A stretch of DNA of 63,743 bases, the filler included, from Raillietiella orientalis (Eukaryota), in NCBI GenBank assembly GCA_036172245.1. It is 3 parts of 3 records of this genome, joined end to end, with 100 filler letters (N's around TTAATTAATTAA, not from the genome) between each part and the next. Parts side by side here need not be neighbours in the genome. Positions count along the whole stretch, not along the records: positions 42,973 to 63,743 come from JAYWIR010000234.1; 2 more parts are not named here. The stretch is one strand, 5' to 3'. Below, piece after piece: positions 48,901 through 60,900 of this stretch (positions are counted from its first letter, which is position 1; the number at the start of each line of letters is the position of its first letter). A model generated the notes under the pieces. That model saw only the letters and a list, made by a program, of their open reading frames with translations. It searched no databases and had not been told where the DNA came from. The translations under genes were made by a program, and so were the position numbers.

Positions 48901-51900
48901 TTTTGATGTCTCAGGATTGCGACCGAATTCATCGGGAACCGGCCATGGTCGTTTTGGTGCAAGTGCGGAGATTTGGACGGAAAACACCACACTGGAAATA
49001 GAAAACATAGAGGAATTTCTGTGATGCATTTTGAAGATTCAATTTCTATGCTGGAAGACGAAGTAGATTGATTCCAACCATTTTGATGTCTCAGGATTGC
49101 GACCGAATTCATCGGGAAGCGGCCATGGTCGTTTTGGTGCAAGTGCGGAGATTTGGACGGAAAACACCACATTGGAAATAGAAAAGATAGAGGAATTTTT
49201 AGGAAGCACTTTGAAGATTCTATTTGGATGCAGGAAGTGGAAGTAGATTGCTTCCAACCATTTTGATGTCTCAGGATTGCGACCGAATTAATCGGGAACC
49301 GGCCATGGTCGTTTTGGTGCAAGTGCGGAGATTTGTACGGAAAACACCACATTGGAAATAGAAAAGATAAAGGAATTTATTTGAACCACTTTGAAGATTG
49401 TATTTGGATGCAGGAAATGGAAGTAGATTGCTTCCAACCATTTTGATGTCAAACGATTGCGACCGAATTCATCGGGAACCGGCCATGGTCGTTTAGGTGC
49501 AAGTGCGGAGATTTGGACGGAAAACACCACATTGGAAATAGAAAAGATAGAGGAATTTTTTTGATGCATTTTGAAGATTCTATTTCTATGCTGGAAGAGG
49601 AAGTAGATTGATTCCAACCATTTTGATGTCTCAGGATTCCGACCGAATTCATCGGGAAGCGGCCATGGTCGTTTACGTGCAAGTGCGGAGATTTGGACGG
49701 AAAACATCACATTGGAAATAGAAAAGATAGAGGAATTTTTTGCATACACTTTGAAGATTGTATTTGGATGCAGGAAGTGGAAGTAGATTGCTTCCAACCA
49801 TTTTGATGTCTAAGGATTGCGACCGAATTCATCGGGAACCGGCCATGGACGTTTAGGTGCAAGTGCGGAGATTTGGACGGAAAACACCACATTGGAAATA
49901 GAAAAGATAGAGGAATTTTTTTGATGCATTTTGAAGATTCTATTTCTATGCTGCAAGAGGAAGTAGATTGATTCCAACCATTTTGATGTCTCAGGATTCC
50001 GACCGAATTCATCGGGAAGCGGCCATGGTCGTTTACGTGCAAGTGCGGAGATTTCGACGGAAAACACCACATTGGAAATAGAAAAGATAGAGGAATTTAT
50101 GTGATGCATTTTGAAGATTTAATTTCTATGCTGGAAGACGAAGTAGATTGATTCCAACCATTTTGATGTCTCTGCATTGCGACCGATTTCATCGGGAACC
50201 GACCATGGTCGTTTTGGTGTTAGTGTGGAGATTTGGACGGAAAACACCACATTGGAAATAGAAAAGATAGAGGAATTTTTTTGATGCATTTTGAAGATTC
50301 TATTTCTATGCTGGAAGAGGAAGTAGATTGATTCCAACCATTTTGATGTCTCAGGATTGCGACCGAATTCATCGGGAAACGGCCATGGTCGTTTTGGTGC
50401 AAGTGCGGAGATTTGGACGGAAAACACCACATCGGAAATACAAAAGATAGAGGAATTTTTTTGAACCACTTTGAAGATTCTATTTGGATGTAGGAAGTGG
50501 AAGTAGATTGCTTCCAACCATTTTGATGTCTCAGGATTGCGACCGAATTCATCGGGAAGCGGCCATGGTCGTTTTGGTGCTAGTGCTGAGATTTGGACGG
50601 AAAACACCACATTGGAAATAGAAAAGATAGAGGAATTTTCTTGATCCACTTTGAAGATTCTATTTGGATGTAGGAAGTGGAAGTAGATTGCTTCCAACCA
50701 TTTTCATGTCTCAGGATTGCGACCGAATTAATCGGGAACCGGCCATGGTCGTTTTGGTGCAAGTGCGGAGATTTCGACGGAAAACACCACACTGGAAATA
50801 GAAAAGATAAAGGAATTTTTTTGATGCACTTTAAAGATTCTATTACTATGCTGGAAGAGGAAGTAGATTGCTTCCAACCATTTTGATGTCTTAGGATTGC
50901 GACCGAATTCATCGGGAAACGGCCATGGTCGTTTTGGTGCAAGTGCGGAGATTTGGACGGAAAACACCACATTGGAAATAGAAAAGATAAAGGAATTTTT
51001 TTGATGCACTTCAAAGATTCTATTTCTATGCTGGAGAAGGAAGTAGATTGATTCCAACCATTTTGATGTCTCAGGATTGCGACCGAATTCATCGGGAAGC
51101 GGCCATGGTCGTTTAGGAGCAAGTGCGGAGATTTGGACGGAAAACACCACATTGGAAATAGAAAACATAGAGGAATTCCTGTGATGCATTTTGAAGATTC
51201 TATTTCTATGCTGGAAGTGGAAGTAGATTGCTTCCAACCATTTTGATGTCTCAGGATTGCGACCGAATTCATCGGGAAACGGCCATGGTCGTTTTGGTGC
51301 AAGTGCGGAGATTTGGACGGAAAACACCACATTGGAAATAGAAAAGATAGAGGAATTTTTTTGATGCACTTTGAGGATTCTATCTCTATGCTGGAAGTGG
51401 AAGTAGATTGATTCCAACCATTTTCATGTCTCAGGATTGCGACCGAATTCATCGGGAACCGGCCATGGTCGTTTTGGTGCAAGTGCGGAGATTTGGACGG
51501 AAAACACCACATTGGAAATAGAAAAGATAGAGGAATTTTTGTGATGCACTTTGAAGATTCTATTTCTATGCTGGAAGAGGAAGTAGATTGCTTCCAACCA
51601 TTTTGATGTCTCAGGATTGCGACCGAATTCATCGGGAACCGGCCATGGTCGTTTTGGTGCAAGTGCGGAGATTTGGACGGAAAACACCACATTGGAAATA
51701 GAAAAGATAGAGGAATTTTTTTGATGCACTTTGAAGATTCTATTTGGATGCAGGAAGTGGAAGTAGATTGCTTCCAACCATTTTGATGTCTCAGGATTGC
51801 GACCGAATTCATCGGGAACCGGCCATGGTCGTTTAGGTGCAAGTGCGGAGATTTGGACGGAAAACACCACATTGGAAATAGAAAAGATAGAGGAATTTTT

Positions 51901-54900
51901 TTGATGCATTTTGAAGATTCTATTTCTATGCTGGAAGAGGAAGTAGATTGATTCCAACCATTTTGATGTCTCAGGATTGCGACCGAATTCATCGGGAAGC
52001 GGCCATGGTCGTTTACGTGCAAGTGCGGAGATTTGGACGGAAAACACCACATTGGAAATAGAAAAGATAGAGGAATTTATTTGAAGCACTTTGAAGATTG
52101 TATTTGGATGCAGGAAGTGGAAGTAGATTGCTTCCAACCATTTTGATGTCTAAGGATTGCGACCGAATTCATCGGGAACCGGCCATGGTCGTTTAGGTGC
52201 AAGTGCGGAGATTTGGACGGAAAACACCACATTGGAAATAGAAAAGATAGAGGAATTTTTTTGATGCATTTTGAAGATTCTATTTCTATGCTGGAAGAGG
52301 AAGTAGATTGATTCCAACCATTTTGATGTCTCAGGATTCCGACCGAATTCATCGGGAAGCGGCCATGGTCGTTTACGTGCAAGTGCGGAGATTTGGACGG
52401 AAAACACCACATTGGAAATAGAAAAGATAGAGGAATTTCTGTGATGCAATTTGGGGATTTAATTTCTATGCTGGAAGACGAAGTAGATTGATTCCAACCA
52501 TTTTGATGTCTCAGCATTGCGACCGATTTCATCGGGAACCGACCATGCTCGTTTTGGTGCTAGTGTGGAGATTTGGACGGAAAACACCACATTGGAAATA
52601 CAAAAGATAGAGGAATTTCTGTGATGCATTTTGAAGTTTCAATTTCTATGCTGGAAGACGAAGTAGATTGATTCCAACCATTTTGATGTCTCAGGATTTC
52701 GACCGAATTCATCGGGAAACGGCCATGGTCGTTTTGGTGCAAGTGCGGAGATTTGGACGGAAAACACCACATTGGAAATAAAAAAGATGGAGTAATTTGT
52801 TCGATGCACTTTGAGGATTCTATCTCTATGCTGGAAGTGGAAGTACATTGATTCCAACCATTTTGATGTCTCAGCATTGCGACCGATTTCATCGGGAACC
52901 GACCATGCTCGTTTTGGTGCTAGTGTGGAGATTTGGACGGAAAACACCACATTGGAAATAGAAAAGATAAAGGAATTTTTTTGATCCACTTTGAAGATTC
53001 TATTTGGATGCAGGAAGTGGAAGTAGATTGCTTCCAACCATTTTGATGTCTCAGGATTGCGACCGAATTCATCGGGAACCGGCCATGGTCGTTTTGGTGC
53101 AAGTGCGGAGATTTGGACGGAAAACACCACACTGGAAATAGAAAACATAGAGGAATTTCTGTGATGCATTTTGAAGATTCAATTTCTATGCTGGAAGACG
53201 AAGTAGATTGATTCCAACCATTTTGATGTCTCAGGATTGCGACCGAATTCTTCGGGAAGCTGCCATGGTGGTTTAGGTGCAAGTGCGGAGATTTGGACGG
53301 AAAACACCACATTGGAAATAGAAAAGATAGAGGAATTTTTTTGATCCACTTTGGAGATTCTATTTGGATGCAGGAAGTGGGAGTAGATTGCTTCCAACCA
53401 TTTTCATGTCTCAGGATTGCGACCGAATTAATCGGGAACCGGCCATGGTCGTTTTGGTGCAAGTGCGGAGATTTGTACGGAAAACACCACATTGGAAATA
53501 GAAAAGATAAAGGAATTTATTTGAACCACTTTGAAGATTGTATTTGGATGCAGGAAATGGAAGTAGATTGCTTCCAACCATTTTGATGTCAAACGATTGC
53601 GACCGAATTCATCGGGAACCGGCCATGGTCGTTTAGGTGCAAGTGCGGAGATTTGGACGGAAAACACCACATTGGAAATAGAAAAGATAGAGGAATTGTT
53701 TTGATGCATTTTGAAGATTTTATTTCTATGCTGGAAGAGGAAGTAGATTGATTCCAACCATTTTGATGTCTCAGGATTCCGACCGAATTCATCGGGAAGC
53801 GGCCATGGTCGTTTACGTGCAAGTGCGGAGATTTGGACGGAAAACATCACATTGGAAATAGAAAAGATAGAGGAATTTTTTGCATACACTTTGAAGATTG
53901 TATTTGGATGCAGGAAGTGGAAGTAGATTGCTTCCAACCATTTTGATGTCTAAGGATTGCGACCGAATTCATCGGGAACCGGCCATGGTCGTTTTGGTGC
54001 AAGTGCGGAGATTTGGACGGAAAACACCACATTGGAAATAGAAAAGATAGAGGAATTTTTAGGAAGCACTTTGAAGATTCTATTTGGATGCAGGAAGTGG
54101 AAGTAGATTGCTTCCAACCATTTTGATGTCTCAGGATTGCGACCGAATTCATCGGGAACCGGCCATGGTCGTTTTGGTGCAAGTGCGGAGATTTGGACGG
54201 AAAACACCACATTGGAAATAGAAAAGATAAAGGAATTTTTTTGATGCACTTTGAAGATTCTATTTCTATGCTGGAAGAGAAAGTAGATTGATTCCAACCA
54301 TTTTGATGTCTCAGGATTGCGACCGAATTCATCGGGAACCGGCCATGGTCGTTTAGGTGCAAGTGCGGAGATATGGACGGAAAACACCACATTGGAAATA
54401 GAAAAGATAGAGGAATTTTTTGCATACACTTTGAAGATTGTATTTGGATGCAGGAAGTGGAAGTAGATTGCTTCCAACCATTTTGATGTCTAAGGATTGC
54501 GACCGAATTCATCGGGAACCGGCCATGGTCGTTTAGGTGCAAGTGCGGAGATTTGGACGGAAAACACCCCATTGGAAACAGAAAAGATAGAAGAATTTTT
54601 TTGATGCATTTTGAAGATTCTATTTCTATGCTGGAAGTGGAAGTAGATTGATTCCAACCATTTTCAGGTCTCAGGATTGCGACCGAATTCATCGGGAAGC
54701 GGCCATGGTCGTTTACGTGCAAGTGCGCAGATTTGGACGGAAAACACCACATTGGAAATAGAAAAGATAGAGGAATTTTTAGGAAGCACTTTGAAGATTC
54801 CATTTCTATGCTGGAAGAGAAAGTAGATTGATTCCAACCATTTTGATGTCTCAGGATTGCGACCGAATTCATCGGGAAGCGGCCATGGTCGTTTAGGTGC

Positions 54901-57900
54901 AAGTGCGGAGATTTAGACGGAAAAGACCACATTGGAAATAGAAAAAATAGAGGAATTTTTTTGATGCACTTTGAAGATTCTATTTCTATGCTGGAAGTGG
55001 AAGTAGATTGATTCCAACCATTTTCAGGTCTCAGGATTGCGACCGAATTCATCGGGAAGCGGCCATGGTCGTTTACGTGCAAGTGCGGAGATTTGGACGG
55101 AAAACACCACATTGGAAATAGAAAAGATAGAGGAATTTTCTTGCTGCATTTTGAAGATTCTATTTCTATGCTGGAAGAGGAAGTAGATTGATTCCAACCA
55201 TTTTGATGTCTCAGGATTAAGACCGAATTCTTCGGGAAGCGGCCATGGTCGTTTACATGCAAGTTTGGAGATTTGGACGGAAAACACCACATTGGAAATA
55301 AAAAAGATAAAGGAATTTGTTTGATGCACTTTGAGGATTCTATCTCTATGCTGGAAGTGGAAGTACATTGATTCCAACCATTTTCATGTCTCAGGATTGC
55401 GACCGAATTCATCGGGAACCGGCCATGGTCGTTTTGGTGCAAGTGCGAAGATTTGGACGGAAAACACCACATTGGAAATAGAAAACATATAGGAATTTTT
55501 GTGATGCATTTTGAAGATTCAATTTCTATGCTGGAAGACGAAGTAGATTGCTTCCAACCATTTTGATGTCTCAGGATTGCGACCGAATTCATCGGGAAAC
55601 GGCCATGGTCGTTTTGGTGCAAGTGCGGAGATTTGTACGGAAAACACCACATTAAAAATAGAAAAGATAAAGGAATTTTTTTGATCCACTTTGAAGATTC
55701 TATTTGGATGTAGGAAGTGGAAGTAGATTGCTTCCAACCATTTTCAGGTCTCAGGATTGCGACCGAATTCATCGGGAAGCGGCCATGGTCGTTTACGTGC
55801 AAGTGCGGAGATTTGGACGGAAAACACCACATTGGAAATAGAAAAGATAGAGGAATTTTCTTGCTGCATTTTGAAGATTCTATTTCTATGCTGGAAGAGG
55901 AAGTAGATTGATTCCAACCATTTTGATGTCTCGGAGGGCTGAGATTACACTGAATTCACAATAAAACAAAGAACAAAGCTATATGCAAGTTTGAGATTTG
56001 GACGGAAACACCACATTGGAAATAAAAAAGATAAAGGAATTGCCGATAAATCTACTCAATTCTATCTCATGCTGAAGGAAAGTACATTGATTCAACCATT
56101 TTCATGTCTGTGGATTTAGACCGAATTCATCGGGAACGCTATGGTCGTTTTGGTGCAAGTGCGGAGATTTGGACGGAAAACACCACACTGGAAATAGAAA
56201 ACATAGAGAAATTTCTGTGATGCATTTTGAAGTTTCAATTTCTATGCTGGAAGACGAAGTAGATTGATTCCAACCATTTTGATGTCTCAGGATTTCGACC
56301 GAATTCATCGGGAAGCGGCCATGGTCGTTTTGGTGCTAGTGTGGAGATTTCGACGGAAAACACCACATTGGAAATAGAAAAGATAAAGGAATTTGTTTGA
56401 TCGACTTTGAAGATTCTATTTGGATGTAGGAAGTGGAAGTAGATTGCTTCCAACCATTTTCATGTCTCAGGATTGCGACCGAATTAATCGGGAAACGGCC
56501 ATGGTCATTTTGGTGCGAGTGCGGAGATTTGTACGGAAAACACCACATTGGAAATAGAAAAGATAAAGGAATTTTTTTTATCCACTTTGAAGATTCTATT
56601 TGGATGCAGGAAGTGGAAGTAGATTGCTTCCAACCATTTTGATGTCTCAGGATTGCGACCGAATTCATCGGGAACCGACCATGGTCGTTTTGGTGCAAGT
56701 GCGGAGATTTGGACGGAAAACACCACATTGGAAATAGAAAAGATAGAAGAATTTCTGTGATGCATTTTGGAGATTCAATTTCTATGCTGGAAGACCAAGT
56801 AGATTGATTCCAACCATTTTGATGTCTCAGGATTGCGACCGAATTCTTCGGGAAGCTGCCATGGTGGTTTAGGTGCAAGTGCGGAGATTTGGACGGAAAA
56901 CACCACATTGGAAATAGAAAAGATAGAGGAATTTTTAGGAAGCACTTTGAAGATTCTATTTGGATGCAGGAAGTGGAAGTAGATTGCTTCCAACCATTTT
57001 GATGTATAAGGATTTCGACCGAATTCATCGGGAAGCGGCCATGGTCGTTTTGGTGCTAGTGTGGAGATTTGGACGGAAAACACCACATTGGAAATAGAAA
57101 AGATAAAGGAATTTTTTTCATCCACTTTGAAGATTTTATTTGGATGTAGGAAGTGGAAGTAGATTGCTTCCAACCATTTTCATGTCTCAGGATTGCGACC
57201 GAATTAATCGGGAACCGGCCATGGTCGTTTTGGTGCAAGTGCGGAGATTTGGACGGAAAACACCACATTGGAAATAGAAAAGAAAAAGGAATTTTTTTGA
57301 TGCACTTCAAAGATTCTATTTCTATGCTGGAGAAGGAAGTAGATTGATTCCAACCATTTTGATGTCTCAGGATTGCGACCGAAGTCATCGGGAAGCGGCC
57401 ATGGTCGTTTAGGAGCAAGTGCGGAGATTTGGACGGAAAACACCACATTGGAAATAGAAAACATAGAGGAATTCCTGTGATGCATTTTGAAGATTCTATT
57501 TCTATGCTGGAAGTGGAAGTAGATTGCTTCCAACCATTTAGATGTCTCAGGATTGCGACCGAATTCATCGGGAAACGGCCATGGTCGTTTTGGTGCAAGT
57601 GCGGAGATTTGGACGGAAAACACCACATTAAAAATAGAAAAGATAGAGCAATTTCTTTGATGCACTTTGAGGATTCTATCTCTTTGCTGGAAGTGGAAGT
57701 ACATTGATTCCAACCATTTTCATGTCTCACGATTGCGACCGAATTCATCGGGAACCGGCCATGGTCGTTTTGGTGCAAGTGCGGAGATTTGGACGGAAAA
57801 CACCACACTGGAAATAGAAAACATAGAGGAATTTCTGTGATGCATTTTGAAGTTTTAATTTCTATGCTGGAAGACGAAGTAGATTGATTCCAACCATTTT

Positions 57901-60900
57901 CATGTCTCAGGATTTCGACCGAATTCATCGGAAAGCGGCCATGGTCGTTTTGGTGCTAGTGTGGAGATTTGGACGGAAAACACCACATTGGAAATAGAAA
58001 AGAGAAAGGAATTTGTTTGATCCACTTTGAAGATTCTATTTGGATGTAGGAAGTGGAAGTAGATTGCTTCCAACCATTTTCATGTCTCAGGATTGCGACC
58101 GAATTCATCGGGAAAAGGCCATGGTCGTTTTGGTGCAAGTGCGGAGATTTGTACGGAAAACACCACATTGGAAATAGAAAAGATAGAGGAATTTTTTGCA
58201 TACACTTTGAAGATTGTATTTGGATGCAGGAAGTGGCAGTAGATTGCTTCCAACCATTTTGATGTCTCAGGATTCCGACCGAATTCATCGGGAAGCGGAC
58301 ATGGTCGTTTACGTGAAAGTGCGGAGATTTGGACGGAAAACACCACATTGGAAATAGAGAAGATAGAGCAATTTCAAGGAAACACTTTGAAGATTCTATT
58401 TGGATGCAGGAAGTGGAAGTAGATTGCTTCCAACCGTTTTGATGTCTCAGGATTGCGACCGAATTCATCGGGAAACGGCCATGGTCGTTTTGGTGCAAGT
58501 GCGGAGAATTGGACGGAAAACACCACATCGGAAATACAAAAGATAGAGGAATTTTTTTGAACCACTTTGAAGATTCTATTTGGATGTAGGAACTGGAAGT
58601 AGATTGCTTCCAACCATTTTGATGTCTCAGGATTGCGACCGAATTCATCGGGAAGCGGCCATGGACGTTTTGGTGCTAGTGCGGAGATTTGGACGGAAAA
58701 CACCACATTGGAAATAGAAAAGATAGAGGAATTTTTTTGATCCACTTTGAAGATTCTATTCGGATGTAGGAAGTGGAAGTAGATTGCTTCCAACCATTTT
58801 CATGTCTCAGGATTGCGACCGAATTATTCGGGAACCGGCCATGGTCGTTTTGGTGCAAGTGCGGAGATTTCGACGGAAAACACCACACTGGAAATAGAAA
58901 AGATACAGGAATTTTTTTGATGCACTTTAAAGTTTCTATTACTATGCTGGAAGAGGAAGTAGATTGCTTCCAACCATTTCGATGTCTCAGGATTGCGACC
59001 GAATTCATCGGGAACCGGCCATGGTCGTTTAGGTGCAAGTGCGGAGATATGGACGGAAAACACCACATTGGAAATAGAAAAGATAGAGGAATTTTTTGCA
59101 TACACTTTGAAGATTGTATTTGGATGCAGGAAGTGGAAGTAGACTGCTTCCAACCATTTTGATGTCTAAGGATTGCGACCGAATTCATCGGGAACCGGCC
59201 ATGGTCGTTTAGGTGCAAGTGCGGAGATTTGGACGGAAAACACCACATTGGAAATAGAAAAGATAGAGGAATTTGTTTGAAGCCCTTTAAGATTCTATTT
59301 TTATGCTGGAAGTGGAAGTAGATTGATTCCAACCATTTTCAGGTCTCAGGATTGCGACCGAATTCATCGGGAAGCGGCCATGGTCGTTTACGTGCAAGTG
59401 CGCAGATTTGGACGGAAAACACCACATTGGAAATAGAAAAGATAGAGGAATTTTTAGGAAGCACTTTGAAGATTCCATTTCTATGCTGGAAGAGAAAGTA
59501 GATTGATTCCAACCATTTTGATGTCTCAGGATTGCGACCGAATTAATCGGGAAGCGGCCATGGTCGTTTAGGTGCAAGTGCGGAGATTTAGACGGAAAAG
59601 ACCACATTGGAAATAGAAAAAATAGAGGAATTTTTTTGATGCACTTTAAAGATTCTATTTCTATGCTGGAAGTGGAAGTAGATAGATTCCAACCATTTTC
59701 AGGTCTCAGGATTGCGACCGAATTCATCGGGAAGCGGCCATGGTCGTTTACGTGCAAGTGCGGAGATTTGGACGGAAAACACCACATTGGAAATAGAAAA
59801 GATAGAGGAATTTTCTTGCTGCATTTTGAAGATCCTTTTTCTATGCTGGAAGAGGAAGTAGATTGATTCCAACCATTTTGATGTCTCAGGATTAAGACCG
59901 AATTCTTCGGGAAGCGGCCATGGTCGTTTACATGCAAGTTTGGAGATTTGGACGGAAAACACCACATTGGAAATAGAAAAGATAAAGGAATTTGTTTGAT
60001 GCACTTTGAGGATTCTATCTCTATGCTGGAAGTGGAAGTACATTGATTCCAACCATTTTCATGTCTCAGGACGACCGAATTCATCGGAAGCGGCCATGGT
60101 CGTTTACGTGCAAGTGCGGAGATTTGGACGGAAAACACCACATTGGAAATAGAAAAGATAGAGCAAGGAATTTTCTTGCTGCATTTTGAAGATTCTATTT
60201 CTATGCTGGAAGAGGAAGTAGATTGATTCCAACCATTTTGATGTCTCAGGATTAAGACCGAATTCTTCGGGAAGCGGCCATGGTCGTTTAAATGCAAGTT
60301 TGGAGATTTGGACGGAAAACACCACATTGGAAATAAAAAAGATAAAGGAATTTGTTTGATGCACTTTGATGATTCTATCCCTATGCTGGAAGTGGAAGTG
60401 CATTGATTCCAACCATTTTCATGTCTCAGGATTGCGACCGAATTCATCGGGAACCGGCCATGGTCGTTTTGGTGCAAGTGCGGAGATTTGGACGGAAAAC
60501 ACCACATTGGAAATAGAAAACATATAGGAATTTTTGTGATGCATTTTGAAGATTCAATTTCTATGCTGGAAGACGAAGTAGATTGCTTCCAACCATTTTG
60601 ATGTCTCAGGATTGCGACCGAATTCATCGGGAAACGGCCATGGTCGTTTTGGTGCAAGTGCGGAGATTTGTACGGAAAACACCACATTGGAAATAGAAAA
60701 GATAAAGGAATTTTTTTGATCCACTTTGAAGATTCTATTTGGATGCAGGAAGTGGAAGTAGATTGCTTCCAACCATTTTCAGGTCTCAGGATTGCGACCG
60801 AATTCATCGGGAAGCGGCCATGGTCGTTTACGTGCAAGTGCGGAGATTTGGACGGAAAACACCACATTGGAAATAGAAAAGATAGAGGAATTTTCTTGCT

